Source of the DNA: a virus
Direction: 5' to 3' (one strand)
DNA: 64,000 nt
IMG/VR virus record: IMGVR_UViG_3300042390_000257
Location: 2,477-66,476 of that record
The notes beneath the pieces were generated by a model, which made no database searches, was not told the DNA's origin, and saw only the letters and a list, made by a program, of their open reading frames with translations. Both the position numbers and the translations under genes were made by a program. Below, piece after piece: positions 44,281 through 54,677 of this stretch (the first letter of the stretch is position 1; each line of letters begins with the position of its first letter).

Positions 44281-46116
44281 TTAACCCTTTGGAACATCTT
44301 TATCTGTAATTTGGATTTCCTGTGCAAAACCATCAACTCCTAATTTTGATTTAAATGTTTTCTTAATCTCAAAAGTTAGGCTACTTGGTGCATCTACATT
44401 TGCTTTAGATTTAATTTCGGCCTCTACTCTTAATATGACATCTACTACTACATAATAGGAATCTTTATCTAAACTATATGTTGAGGGTAAGTATGCTCGC
44501 TCAGCGTCAGCCTGTGTCCTACCAATTGCTTTTGCCTGCTCAAGAACTTTATTTATAGGAGTATCTACAGTCTTATCTGAAGTCTTAGAATTGTTACTTC
44601 CGTCATTTGAACCAGCACCACCACCGTACGCATGCCATTTTCTCCAAGAATCATGATCAGTAGATGTTACCGTTGGCGGTATTACTTCTAGTAATAAAAC
44701 ATCTCGTGACAAACCTAGTTGGAAACTGCCCCATGCAGGGAATCCTTCAGCAATTCCAGTTAAGGCTCTTCCGGGACCTGGCTCCGTATTAGTTATTGTT
44801 TTTGCTCCCTGTATTCCCTCAGCATCATTAAGGTATTTTCGCCACACCCGCACTGCTGGTGTGTGGCTAATTTTAATAGAATATTTACCTTCAACAAAAG
44901 TTCTATCAATAGTACTACTAGTACCCTCAGGGTTTGTATCATCCATAAACCCAAATCTACACAATACTTTTTCAAAACCCAAAACATCGTCAAGGTCCGA
45001 AGTATCACCACGACCATCCCATGTCGTAGCATTATCGTCGTTGTTGTCACCCGCAAGAACAAATTGGTACTTAGGCAATCCAATTAAGAGATTACGGAGA
45101 AGGTCATATTCTGCTGGGTTACCAACAGTTGGTTGGGGGATAGCAGTTCCATCTTTGTTGGGGTTCTCAATAGCCCCCTTTAGTGAATCAGTTAGGTATG
45201 TTTTTTCTTTGGCAAAACCAATGTATTTAGCCTCAACAGTGATGTTAATAGCGCACACCGTTGGAACCATATTCCCACTAAATTTAGAAAACAGGACATT
45301 TGAACCCTGAATGAACCCATCAATCATAAACATTGATGAGAACACAATACGAACAGGAGTACTAATTAAGAAGGCGCTGTTGCCGAACTGGATGTTATTA
45401 AGAGCACTAGTCATTTCTTCGGCGCTTTTGTAGTTCCCAGCGGCTCCAGAAACTGATCCTCCAGCAGATGTTTCCGAGGTATCCCACGATGAACTAATAC
45501 TCTGTAGTTTTGCTAATGCTGCAATTGTTTTTTGAGTAATACCTTGACCAATAATATTATCTAGTACTTGAATGTCGGATAAGACGCCATATTTACCAGG
45601 GTTTTGCTCAATTGTAGGACTGTACGGGGGAGTAACTACACCTTGGCTTTGGTCCTGTGCCCCAGGAAGACCAACTAATAATTCTTCACCAAAAGTTGGA
45701 GGCGCAATAAAGTTACTTTGAGCATTAACTTCTGCCTCGCGGTTTAGAAAAACATCAAATGAGAATGTGGCATTACCTGGTGTTGCTACTGAGAACTGAC
45801 CCGGGTCTTGAAGCAATGGGTTCATTAACCCTCCAGACACAGCAACTGCTCGTTGAATCTGTTGAGGATTAAACTGAAAGAAGAAACGCGAGTTACCTAA
45901 TACCCCAGCAACATCTTCACTAAAACTACCAAGTAATGACCGCATAAAACCGCGTTGAATAATTTGTGCATTTCCGCCACCAAGATCGCGTCGGTATGGT
46001 CCTGGGTATTTAAACTCAGGGTTATCTTCTTGAGTTCGCGTTAATGAAACGCTACCTGGACCTGCAACACCCGTTGGCAAACCAGACCATTGTTGTGATA
46101 CATACTGACTAGTCAT
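44281..46116 (-). CDS. Tail tube initiator-like structural protein
   Basis: FFFQFNPQQI motif; lies between tape measure and LysM genes. Confidence 0.65.
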   Translation of the reverse strand: MTSQYVSQQWSGLPTGVAGPGSVSLTRTQEDNPEFKYPGPYRRDLGGGNAQIIQRGFMRSLLGSFSEDVAGVLGNSRFFFQFNPQQIQRAVAVSGGLMNPLLQDPGQFSVATPGNATFSFDVFLNREAEVNAQSNFIAPPTFGEELLVGLPGAQDQSQGVVTPPYSPTIEQNPGKYGVLSDIQVLDNIIGQGITQKTIAALAKLQSISSSWDTSETSAGGSVSGAAGNYKSAEEMTSALNNIQFGNSAFLISTPVRIVFSSMFMIDGFIQGSNVLFSKFSGNMVPTVCAINITVEAKYIGFAKEKTYLTDSLKGAIENPNKDGTAIPQPTVGNPAEYDLLRNLLIGLPKYQFVLAGDNNDDNATTWDGRGDTSDLDDVLGFEKVLCRFGFMDDTNPEGTSSTIDRTFVEGKYSIKISHTPAVRVWRKYLNDAEGIQGAKTITNTEPGPGRALTGIAEGFPAWGSFQLGLSRDVLLLEVIPPTVTSTDHDSWRKWHAYGGGAGSNDGSNNSKTSDKTVDTPINKVLEQAKAIGRTQADAERAYLPSTYSLDKDSYYVVVDVILRVEAEIKSKANVDAPSSLTFEIKKTFKSKLGVDGFAQEIQITDKDVPKG

Positions 46117-48881
46117 TACGCCATCCTCAGTTCTTTAATGCGTATTTCTCTTTCTAAGATCATGGTAACTTCTCGTGCTATGACTTCAGCATCAACATAA
46201 CTATTACCACTGCTATTAACATTAATAACAGGTGCAATATTAAAAGTTGATCCACTTTTAAAAGTAGAAATACTTGCACCGCTACCACGAGCCGACGAAC
46301 GCATGTCAGGGTCGCCAGTGTCCTTAAACCCAGCATTTACTACTGCTTGTCGGGCGGCATCAGGATTAGTGCTATACATTGGGTCTTTGCCCTTATAAGA
46401 ACCCCACGCATAAAAATCTGTACCACCCGACATCTTGAAGGCGGCTCTCATATTTACTGCTGGGTCGTATAGTTCTTCGTTACTAGATATACCAAACTGA
46501 GTTCGGCGCGACGGGCCAAGGTTATCTATCATGTTAATTTGCATGAGACCAAATGACAGGTCTTTTGTAGCGGCATTAGGGTTATATGACCCTGCATTCC
46601 ATCTACTTTCACGATAAGCAATAGCAACGGCTTTAACTAAGTTCTCACCACGGAAGCCAGCATTATATGCGTAGCGCGCTACATCCTCACCAGTTAACTG
46701 CCCACCAGACTTACTAGGTGTAGTAGAAGTAGAAACACCACGCCGTTTCCGTGGGCTACCTGAACCACCACTTAAACCAGTAGAACCTGCTAAACCACCA
46801 GCGCGGAAAGCGGCTATAGAGTCAGACATACTCATCCCAGAGAGTGATGCAAGGGTAACTCCTGATGCTGTTGTACCAGTACCACTACTGTCATTACCAT
46901 TTCCGCCATGTTCAGCGTTTAATGATGGACCAGTACTTGCGGACATAGGCTCACCACCCCAAGGGCGCCCCTGCTTCTCATATTCATAACGACCGTTAGG
47001 GAGTTCTGCTGGCTGGACATGCCAAGGCTCGCCATTAACCCCACCAAAGTGCTTTAAACCAAAGCGAGCGGCATTCGCAGTAACCCAGTCAAGGTCACCA
47101 GTAAGGTCAGCCGCAAGACCAATTTCATGCATAGATTTTCCTGGGGGTGCGGCTGGAGCGCCACTTACATGTTCCCAGTACGAACCATCCCATACCCAGT
47201 TCTTTTTACCCTCAGAGTCCGTAGGACTGGATGTCTTACGGTAACGCGAGCGGAACATTGTTTCTTGTTCAAGTTTACTACGGTAACCTGTTCCTAAGCC
47301 AACTTTGCCACCAGATGCGGTAATTAGTTGATCCACACGCTGTTGCATAGTGGGGTGCATTTTCCCTGTGACACCCGCTGTATTCGGGTCACCAGTTCTA
47401 CCCCAAGTAGGTTTGGTTCTACCAGGACCAGGACCAGGGTCACCATCCAGGGCAGTTCCAATGGCCCCCATTCCTGAACCAACTCCTATCATTGCTGCTC
47501 CGACACCAGCACCTACACCAGTCCAACCAGTAGCAATTCCGACACCTAGTCCCACTGCAGACATGATTGGTCCAACGGTTTTTAAGATTCCACCAAGCAT
47601 GGCGCGCTTAGGCTTAGTCTCAATAGCCTTACCGACAATGTCTTTCATTCGTTCTTCAAGTTTTCCAAATGTCTTTTCAAGACTTTGTGTTGCCTTTTCA
47701 AGTTTGGCAAAACTCTCTTGTTGGGTCCCGTAGAAGTCTTCTTCACGATTAGTTTTAACGCGAGTTGTCTCTTCCATTTGGGTAGAGAAGTTGTCCTCAA
47801 TACCAACCATTTTTCGTTGAGCCACACTAGATGGGTCATACATACCCTTACCACCCTTGGCACCATACTGTTGGTTTGCCATGGCGTATTGGATAACTAG
47901 GTCTTGTGTAGCGGAATCAACACCCATGTCTGCTAATCGGGCGCGAGTGTTACTTCCTTGTTGAAGAGCACCTTCAATATTTTTAAGACCAGTCAACCCT
48001 GATGATCTTGCTAGGTTCTGAATCATTTCAGTACCTGATCGTTGACCACCACCTGGTTTATAAATGCTCATACCAGTTGTCATAAACATACGGTTAGCAG
48101 TTTGTGCGCTACCCATGTTGGTAAGCATATTTGTTACGCCTTGTGCACCAAGACTATATCCTGAAAGGGCATTTAGACCTTCTACTGAAGAGGCATTACC
48201 AAGGGCGCTAATACCAGTAGACGCCTGCATTCCTAGTAGCGTGTTGATACCACCTTCACCAAGGCGATAGTTGGTTAGTGGTTGACGATAAGCATTACGA
48301 ACCCCAGCATTACTCATACCAGTAATTTGTTGATACATAACTGACATCTTGTCGGCTGATGATGAATACTCATAACCTCGCGCAATACGAGCGTCCAGGA
48401 CACCCATACCAGCACCAACAACTTGACCAACACCTTGCGCTACTGCACCAAAAGCATTGGCGGCGGCAAGTGGCTTGCTACTAGCCATTGCTTCATATCG
48501 TGCCGCATTACCACCACCACCACCAGCGCCACCACGGTTTAATCCAGCACCGCTGAGCATCCTAGACATATACCCAGGCTTAGAGGTATCATCATCAGGA
48601 GAACCATTATTCATTGATGGGTTGTTACCACTGGCTAGTGAGTCTTTATGACCACGACCACGACCACCCATAACGCCTTTAACGGCGGCACCAGCCTTAC
48701 TGGCGGCTTTACTCAGCCCTTCCATACCAGCGGTAATACCACCTAGTACGCGCTTAAATTGCTCGGCTTCTTTTATGACTGTGCCAAAACCTGACTTACC
48801 AGTACCAACTACGGGCGTGGAAGAATCACCAAGACTTCCACCACCCGAATTAGAACCCGATATATCAAAGGGGTCAGCCAT
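46116..48881 (-). CDS. Tape measure protein with M15-type (D-Ala-D-Ala) peptidase and SLT lytic transglycosylase domains
   Basis: G/A-rich helical N-terminus; GYRS...AAPPGKSMHEIGLAADL...EPWH; AIAYRESRWN...SFGLMQIN. Confidence 0.88.
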   Translation of the reverse strand: MADPFDISGSNSGGGSLGDSSTPVVGTGKSGFGTVIKEAEQFKRVLGGITAGMEGLSKAASKAGAAVKGVMGGRGRGHKDSLASGNNPSMNNGSPDDDTSKPGYMSRMLSGAGLNRGGAGGGGGNAARYEAMASSKPLAAANAFGAVAQGVGQVVGAGMGVLDARIARGYEYSSSADKMSVMYQQITGMSNAGVRNAYRQPLTNYRLGEGGINTLLGMQASTGISALGNASSVEGLNALSGYSLGAQGVTNMLTNMGSAQTANRMFMTTGMSIYKPGGGQRSGTEMIQNLARSSGLTGLKNIEGALQQGSNTRARLADMGVDSATQDLVIQYAMANQQYGAKGGKGMYDPSSVAQRKMVGIEDNFSTQMEETTRVKTNREEDFYGTQQESFAKLEKATQSLEKTFGKLEERMKDIVGKAIETKPKRAMLGGILKTVGPIMSAVGLGVGIATGWTGVGAGVGAAMIGVGSGMGAIGTALDGDPGPGPGRTKPTWGRTGDPNTAGVTGKMHPTMQQRVDQLITASGGKVGLGTGYRSKLEQETMFRSRYRKTSSPTDSEGKKNWVWDGSYWEHVSGAPAAPPGKSMHEIGLAADLTGDLDWVTANAARFGLKHFGGVNGEPWHVQPAELPNGRYEYEKQGRPWGGEPMSASTGPSLNAEHGGNGNDSSGTGTTASGVTLASLSGMSMSDSIAAFRAGGLAGSTGLSGGSGSPRKRRGVSTSTTPSKSGGQLTGEDVARYAYNAGFRGENLVKAVAIAYRESRWNAGSYNPNAATKDLSFGLMQINMIDNLGPSRRTQFGISSNEELYDPAVNMRAAFKMSGGTDFYAWGSYKGKDPMYSTNPDAARQAVVNAGFKDTGDPDMRSSARGSGASISTFKSGSTFNIAPVINVNSSGNSYVDAEVIAREVTMILEREIRIKELRMA

Positions 48882-48883
48882 TA

Positions 48884-49036
48884 CTATCCTCCGCTATTAA
48901 CTTGCCATCGGGACAACCTGCCCCAAAACTCCCGTTCTCGTACGGGCATGTTTTTAATCTCTGCTAAAGAAAACCCTTTATAGACGGAGGCGACTGCATT
49001 GTATTCCCAATAGATATTATCAATATTAACCGAATA
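48884..49036 (-). CDS. Tail assembly chaperone C-terminal extension (probably reached by frameshift)
   Basis: Open +1 frame YSVNIDNIYWEYNAVASVYKGFSLAEIKNMPVREREFWGRLSRWQVNSGG* fills the gap to the tape measure gene. Confidence 0.65.
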   Translation of the reverse strand, partial: YSVNIDNIYWEYNAVASVYKGFSLAEIKNMPVREREFWGRLSRWQVNSGG

Positions 49037-49784
49037 AAAGTGAGACCCAGTCAAACATCAGTGTGATTTCTTCTCCACAATGAGCACACGGGGCATTCAC
49101 CTCCCGAGGAGTCGGGCCTACTTTGGCATCAAAGATTGCAGTAATAATGGTTGAACGATCAGCAATGCTGAGGTTTCGTGCCCACTCTTCTTTATTGGGT
49201 ACTGACACCTGAGCACAGCGGGCAATCATCATCGTGTTTTGTGCCGCTAGATTCTTATTTAGTTTGCCAACACGAGCACTGTCATCCGAGGTTGGGTGAT
49301 TAAAGAGCACAACTGAGCCATCTTTAAGGGTTACTTCAATTGACTTACGGGCCAATTCTTGGTTACCTTCAATAGGGAAGTCGTCATACAGGTCAATCAA
49401 CAAATCGTTGGATTGTGAACAATGCGGGCAAATAACTTTAAATTCACGAACTTTTCCGTATGTTGCACGAATAATTGCCAAGAACAAAAGATCACGGTCA
49501 CCCACGATTAGTTCGTTCAAAACATTTGGTGTTTCCTTAATATCTGTTTCACCTAAAGAGACAACTGCTCGCTTGAGTAGCGCCAGTGAATACTCACCGT
49601 AGTTACCCGTACGAGATTCAACCTCAGCGAGGAACTCTTCGTCCCCACCAGTCATTTCTCGTACAACCGCGGTATCAAGCCATTCATTACCTAACTTGAT
49701 ACCCCGAATAAGTTTTACTGATGTATCGGGTGCTTTGGACATCACCGGAGGTTTATCCGATGACATCGTACTGATGTCTGACAT
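49026..49784 (-). CDS. Tail assembly chaperone / T4 gp26-like protein
   Basis: VREMTGGDEE, GDRDLL..IIRATYG, CPHC, CAHC; between tube and tape measure genes. Confidence 0.8.
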   Translation of the reverse strand: MSDISTMSSDKPPVMSKAPDTSVKLIRGIKLGNEWLDTAVVREMTGGDEEFLAEVESRTGNYGEYSLALLKRAVVSLGETDIKETPNVLNELIVGDRDLLFLAIIRATYGKVREFKVICPHCSQSNDLLIDLYDDFPIEGNQELARKSIEVTLKDGSVVLFNHPTSDDSARVGKLNKNLAAQNTMMIARCAQVSVPNKEEWARNLSIADRSTIITAIFDAKVGPTPREVNAPCAHCGEEITLMFDWVSLLFG

Positions 49785-49805
49785 GTAGTGCTCCTTATTT
49801 AGTTA

Positions 49806-50429
49806 TTAGACTGTTGCGTTAGCGTTATCAGGAGTCCAGTTGATAACGAAACCTTCGTGGTTAACCGTCATCTGCTGAATCATGATTGAACTGTTACCAG
49901 CATTGAGGTCACCCAATGCAAAGCCAGCGGGCCACGCATTGTAGATAGTGTACTCAAGTGCCTTGGTACCAGGGACCACATTTTGTGTTAACGAACCAGG
50001 GTTGGTGGCATATCCACCAGTGCCACCAGCAGTAGCACTGGTTGCCGAGTGAGGGTGGTCATAGACCGACACGACGATGTCACATCGGTAGTCTGAGACT
50101 GCGCCACGGCTACCATTGTTACCTGGAACAGCCTGAACCCATGCATGCATGAATTGTTGCCATGCCCACAATTGGTCCTGCTTGGCGAAAACACCACGGC
50201 TGAAGGTAATCGGGTTAAAGTCAGTCTGACCAATCATCTTGTGCGGATGAGTGTTCATGCCACCTTCGCGGTACGGGACCATTTCGTTAGTAACGCTTAG
50301 TCCAGTCACCACTGCGAAACCAAGGTTACCAATGTCCCTGGTAAGGGCTGACAAGTTTTCGTCGTACGGTTGAATTTTAACCGTAAACTTAAAGTCGCGT
50401 AGCGGATCGGTACGAGTTAAAAAGGCCAT
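49806..50429 (-). CDS. Tail tube protein (T4 gp19-like)
   Basis: TAAGGAG SD; DPLRDFKF, YREGG, ITFSRGV, NAWP, HEG. Confidence 0.93.
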   Translation of the reverse strand: MAFLTRTDPLRDFKFTVKIQPYDENLSALTRDIGNLGFAVVTGLSVTNEMVPYREGGMNTHPHKMIGQTDFNPITFSRGVFAKQDQLWAWQQFMHAWVQAVPGNNGSRGAVSDYRCDIVVSVYDHPHSATSATAGGTGGYATNPGSLTQNVVPGTKALEYTIYNAWPAGFALGDLNAGNSSIMIQQMTVNHEGFVINWTPDNANATV

Positions 50430-50437
50430 GTTTCTCC

Positions 50438-51991
50438 TTAGATATTCTCGGCAGTGGTTGATCCGCCGAGCCATTGACTGACATTGATAATGATAAATTC
50501 TGCGGGGTACAGCAACGATACACCAATCTCTATATTTACTTCACCATCGTCAATTGATGTCTGAGTGTTGTTGGTTGAGTTACAAACAACATAAAACGCC
50601 TCAGATGGTGTGCGTCCACGCAATCCACCAGAACCCCAGAAGTCACTCAAGAACTTTTCCAACTTCAGGCTGATAGAACTCCACAAACGCTCATCGTTAG
50701 GTTCAAACACTGCAAACTCAGTCAAGAACTTTGAAGTGCTCTTGACATAGTTCAATGAACGACGAACCGAGATGTACTTGTCAGGACGAATCTTGTTTAG
50801 GGTACGAGCACCTTGAACAACAACACCAGCGCCAGGGATGGCTTTAAAGGTGTTAATACCAGCCTCATACATGGTTCCGACTTCTGCTTGGGTGTAAGCA
50901 GAAGTGACACCAAGAGCGTTACGGATGTCAATGTTGTAACCAGCAGGTGGCTTAGCGACAGTGCGCTCAGTCTCTAGGCGAGCGTAGATACCAGCAATTG
51001 CTCCACCTGGGAAGGTGTCACGAATTGCGCCAACGCCTGACTTAGTTGGGTCAGCCATCTTAAGCATGGGCCAGTAAACAGCACCATAACCCTGGTTGGT
51101 ACTGTAACCACTAGCGGTGGTGATAGCCAAACCAGCGGTGGTGTCAGAAACTTTGGGGTCAATGATTGCAAAGCAGTCACCGCGGTTAGCACAGACTTCC
51201 AAAACTTTAGCAACAATCACGCTGTCGGACTGACCAACGGCGTTAACAATGAGTGATTCAGGAAGTGTTACTAACTTATCAAGTGCGGTGGCAAATGAAG
51301 CAGAAGCCGCACCTGAACCGTCGTAACCGCCCGTTAACGCCTTAGCAGTACCCGCATTAATTAGGGTAAAACCAGCGGCGGGAACAACCGAGGCTAGGTT
51401 TGTAATTGTAATGTACGACGAATAGTTATTTACAATTGCCGTTGCATAACGATTACTGGCGGGGTCAGGGCTTAGTTCTGACCAATATTCCACTTCAGTT
51501 CCATTGTAAGTAACTGAGAGGTTGAATGTCGGCAATGTTCCGGAAGTTCCACCAATCGTTGGTGCAACGAGCGTAACTTGTCCAGTCGTTGGTGTAACAC
51601 TAATGTTGTTACCATGAGTACCAACGCTAGTTGCCTGAACATTAAACAATACTGCTGGTGTTGAGGCGGCTGTAGACGCCGTGTAGTTCATCACAGAAGC
51701 GCCAGTGGCGGCAAGTGCGACAGAGGCACCACTTGCAACATAGGCACGAGTGACATAACAGTTACGACCACCATTAGCAAAGTACTGATAGACGGCATAA
51801 CCGAGGTCATAGTCCTGTGAGAGGTCACCAAATTGCGAGGTATAACCTGACCAAGAATTAATCAGGGTTGGGGTACTTGGTCCACGCAACGAAGTACCCA
51901 CAAAAGCGGCTGTTGAGGTACCAGTATTACGGGCTACGGTTGTCTTTAACGGAGATTCTGTAACATAGACTCCGGGGCGGGTATAAGCCAT
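50438..51991 (-). CDS. Tail sheath protein
   Basis: RPGVYVTE, YFANGG, KPPAG, GARTL, YISVRR, VFEPND, PAEFI. Confidence 0.96.
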   Translation of the reverse strand: MAYTRPGVYVTESPLKTTVARNTGTSTAAFVGTSLRGPSTPTLINSWSGYTSQFGDLSQDYDLGYAVYQYFANGGRNCYVTRAYVASGASVALAATGASVMNYTASTAASTPAVLFNVQATSVGTHGNNISVTPTTGQVTLVAPTIGGTSGTLPTFNLSVTYNGTEVEYWSELSPDPASNRYATAIVNNYSSYITITNLASVVPAAGFTLINAGTAKALTGGYDGSGAASASFATALDKLVTLPESLIVNAVGQSDSVIVAKVLEVCANRGDCFAIIDPKVSDTTAGLAITTASGYSTNQGYGAVYWPMLKMADPTKSGVGAIRDTFPGGAIAGIYARLETERTVAKPPAGYNIDIRNALGVTSAYTQAEVGTMYEAGINTFKAIPGAGVVVQGARTLNKIRPDKYISVRRSLNYVKSTSKFLTEFAVFEPNDERLWSSISLKLEKFLSDFWGSGGLRGRTPSEAFYVVCNSTNNTQTSIDDGEVNIEIGVSLLYPAEFIIINVSQWLGGSTTAENI

Positions 51992-52009
51992 GAGTAATCC
52001 TCCAGTGGA

Positions 52010-52690
52010 TTAGTTAATAGGTTCGGTCAGATTGGAGTTCGTATCAGAAATACTACTACTAATTGTGGTAACTCGCTTAGAGGATACCAGATTAGATGTA
52101 GTCATTTCTGCGGACATTTTTAAGGTATACACTTTTCTAAATATCCTCTTTCGGTAACCAGCCTCCGGGTCAAGGAGATCGGCTGTAACCCAATCAAGGA
52201 GATCAAATCTGCGGATGGTTCCATCCTCAGGTACATCTATAAAGCCATAACGCAAACGGGCGCGGGTATGGAGCATTTGAGAACTAAGTTGGCGGTCATG
52301 CAATGCAGAACGGGTGTAAGTAGATACCTGATACAGGATGTCTACTGGTAAGAAATCGTTAGCAGACACCACAGAGGCATTTCCGCTGTATTGAGTGAAG
52401 TCATGGTGCTCACTGGGCCAATACTCCATGGCAGTGGCTCCAGTAATCTGTACTGAAGCGGCTGTACCAGTTGAAGCGTAAACCCGTACTTCTGAGTGTT
52501 GGCGATCCAATGCATGGACGATGTCAATCATTTCAATGGTAATAAATGGGTAGGTGCGCTCTGTGTCACCCTCAGGGTAGCGAAAGAACACCTGTACGGG
52601 TCGTGCGGCGTTCTTATCATCCGTCACGGTCATACCCGAGAATCGGGCCTTAATAGCGGCGTCTTCTGCTAACAGAAATCCGGGGTTCAT
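52010..52690 (-). CDS. Tail terminator / completion protein
   Basis: Lies just before the sheath gene; YPFITI...YQVSTY...HDR. Confidence 0.7.
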   Translation of the reverse strand: MNPGFLLAEDAAIKARFSGMTVTDDKNAARPVQVFFRYPEGDTERTYPFITIEMIDIVHALDRQHSEVRVYASTGTAASVQITGATAMEYWPSEHHDFTQYSGNASVVSANDFLPVDILYQVSTYTRSALHDRQLSSQMLHTRARLRYGFIDVPEDGTIRRFDLLDWVTADLLDPEAGYRKRIFRKVYTLKMSAEMTTSNLVSSKRVTTISSSISDTNSNLTEPIN

Positions 52691-53151
52691 TTAAGCACCG
52701 CCTTAAGCGCATCATTAATAATATCGCTAATGGCATTTCCGCTGTTTGCCAAAGACCGAATGCGTCCACTTGCTGGGGTATTCTGGTCCCCATACTCCAG
52801 CGTCATGTATTTACTTTGGACTTCCTGATCACCCTTAATAGTATAAGAAAGGGAATCACCTGATGGAGAAAGACCTACATGGAGGTTATTAGCAATAGAT
52901 GCCCACTCGGGGTTCTTGGATAAACCACTTCTTACTTTATCCTGATGTTTTTTAATACCTTTTTTTAGTTCCTTACTAAACTTATTATCTGCACCACCAA
53001 AGGCTTGGATCATCTGCATAACAGGATCAGTATCAGGGATAGAGACTAAAGAATTCTTATTTGCCATAGATTTAATACCAGGGGTATACAAAGACATAAC
53101 TACCTCCTCTGGGAATCTAGGCAAATGTGCATTGAAGACGCGCATCTCCAA
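52687..53151 (-). CDS. Putative neck/tail completion protein (start uncertain)
   Basis: LEYG motif and position in the head-tail joining cluster. Confidence 0.6.
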   Translation of the reverse strand: MEMRVFNAHLPRFPEEVVMSLYTPGIKSMANKNSLVSIPDTDPVMQMIQAFGGADNKFSKELKKGIKKHQDKVRSGLSKNPEWASIANNLHVGLSPSGDSLSYTIKGDQEVQSKYMTLEYGDQNTPASGRIRSLANSGNAISDIINDALKAVLK

Positions 53152-53161
53152 TACATGTATT

Positions 53162-53701
53162 TTATCCTAAATTTGCTATTGATGTAGGCCAAGGGAGGTT
53201 AGATATTGAATAAGCCGCAGGACCTGGGTCATTAACCATTTCCTGTGAGATGTAGGTTTCAATACCCTCAACGACAAGCATGACATCGTCTCGGGCGCGA
53301 CCACGGACTCGGTAGGACACCACGCTGAAATAGCGCCCGTCATACTGGAACATATCGTTAAGGCGGTTTTGGTATTCCCAAGGGGAAGAAATACCAGCGG
53401 CTCGGAAGTCATCAATAGATGCCACAAAGTTAGTCAATTGAGTGGGTTGACGACCTTCAGGAATAGCGCGCTTTTGGTCTTCAGATTCCGTAATCATCAG
53501 GACAGGAACGACTACACCAGTCTTGTAGCGACGACCGCCATTACCATAGGTACCTTCGTCGTAAACATCGTCGTAGAGGCTGGATGCTGAGGCGCTAGTG
53601 CCCAGTGGTACAAACTCATACCATACGATGGCTTCGCCAGCCTGAGAATGGTATGAGCGGTAATGCTTCCTGATAACGGATAACTCTCTGCGGACATCCA
53701 T
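53162..53701 (-). CDS. Putative head closure protein
   Basis: YDDVYDEG; beta-rich C-terminus; position. Confidence 0.65.
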   Translation of the reverse strand: MDVRRELSVIRKHYRSYHSQAGEAIVWYEFVPLGTSASASSLYDDVYDEGTYGNGGRRYKTGVVVPVLMITESEDQKRAIPEGRQPTQLTNFVASIDDFRAAGISSPWEYQNRLNDMFQYDGRYFSVVSYRVRGRARDDVMLVVEGIETYISQEMVNDPGPAAYSISNLPWPTSIANLG

Positions 53702-53706
53702 GGCTA

Positions 53707-54513
53707 TCAGTAATACGCGATGTTAGAGAATGATCCAGTAGGAATTGCGCCGTCAATAAGAACATCCGTACGGAGGTCCTCTTCCTTAGTCTCAGTTTCC
53801 ACAATACCTGCATCAATGGTGGGCCATAGGCGTTCAGGCATTGTGTAATCACCAATTTCGCGTGAGCGGTACAAGGGAACAAGGTAATTCGTGGTACGCG
53901 AGTTACGGCGAAGGGTGAATACTTCAATACGGTCAAAGCCGATATTGAGAGCGGCGGCATGGCGCTTGTATTCGCCTTCCCACTGCGCCAGCAATGATTG
54001 CACCATACGGAAACGCTGGCTGGCTGGGATGTGGATTGATTCTGAGGTCATAACATCAATGTCACGACTGAACTCAGTCATTAGCGCCCAAAGTGCTTCG
54101 CAGATCGTGGCAATGCCGATGGCATTAATAACAACATCAGACATTTCTTCAAGTTTATATTTTAGGTTAACCGTGTGTTTTTCAACAGCGCGCTGGGCGT
54201 AAAAAGAAAGGTCACCTGGGGTAACCCATTCATAATAGTAACCCTCAACTAACAGTGTGGTGCTTGATGACAGGGTGTTAGATAGACGGACAACACCATT
54301 ACGGGGGTCAATCGTGTATTCGCTGGGTGCCAATGTTGAGGCTGATCCTGAACCCGAATACTTGGCAACCCAAATAGTGCTGGTGTCAATGTTGATATGA
54401 CCCAACTCATATGTGCGACCTACTACAGGAAATGATACCTGAAAGAACTTCGGAAAGTCCCGTAGATAGGTTCTTGCAATTGTTTCAACATCTGTGATGG
54501 TTGCCATGAACAC
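53707..54513 (-). CDS. Putative head-tail adaptor
   Basis: 268 aa; IPASQRF motif; position downstream of capsid genes. Confidence 0.65.
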   Translation of the reverse strand: MFMATITDVETIARTYLRDFPKFFQVSFPVVGRTYELGHINIDTSTIWVAKYSGSGSASTLAPSEYTIDPRNGVVRLSNTLSSSTTLLVEGYYYEWVTPGDLSFYAQRAVEKHTVNLKYKLEEMSDVVINAIGIATICEALWALMTEFSRDIDVMTSESIHIPASQRFRMVQSLLAQWEGEYKRHAAALNIGFDRIEVFTLRRNSRTTNYLVPLYRSREIGDYTMPERLWPTIDAGIVETETKEEDLRTDVLIDGAIPTGSFSNIAYY

Positions 54514-54521
54514 CTATCTTA

Positions 54522-54677
54522 CTATTGATCGCCGGAACCTGCTCCCGGAATTGAGTCTTGGGCGGCTTGATTGACGCCTGGTTGGGTATCTCTAAGTCGG
54601 TGAACCATAAAACCGCGCTTCAGAATGATCTGCTCCGCGGCAACATTTTCAATTGGTTCAATTGGTGTATCGCTCAT
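54522..54677 (-). CDS. 51-aa hypothetical protein (not in ORF track)
   Basis: MSDTPIEPIENVAAEQIILKRGFMVHRLRDTQPGVNQAAQDSIPGAGSGDQ*; ATGA overlap. Confidence 0.5.
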   Translation of the reverse strand: MSDTPIEPIENVAAEQIILKRGFMVHRLRDTQPGVNQAAQDSIPGAGSGDQ

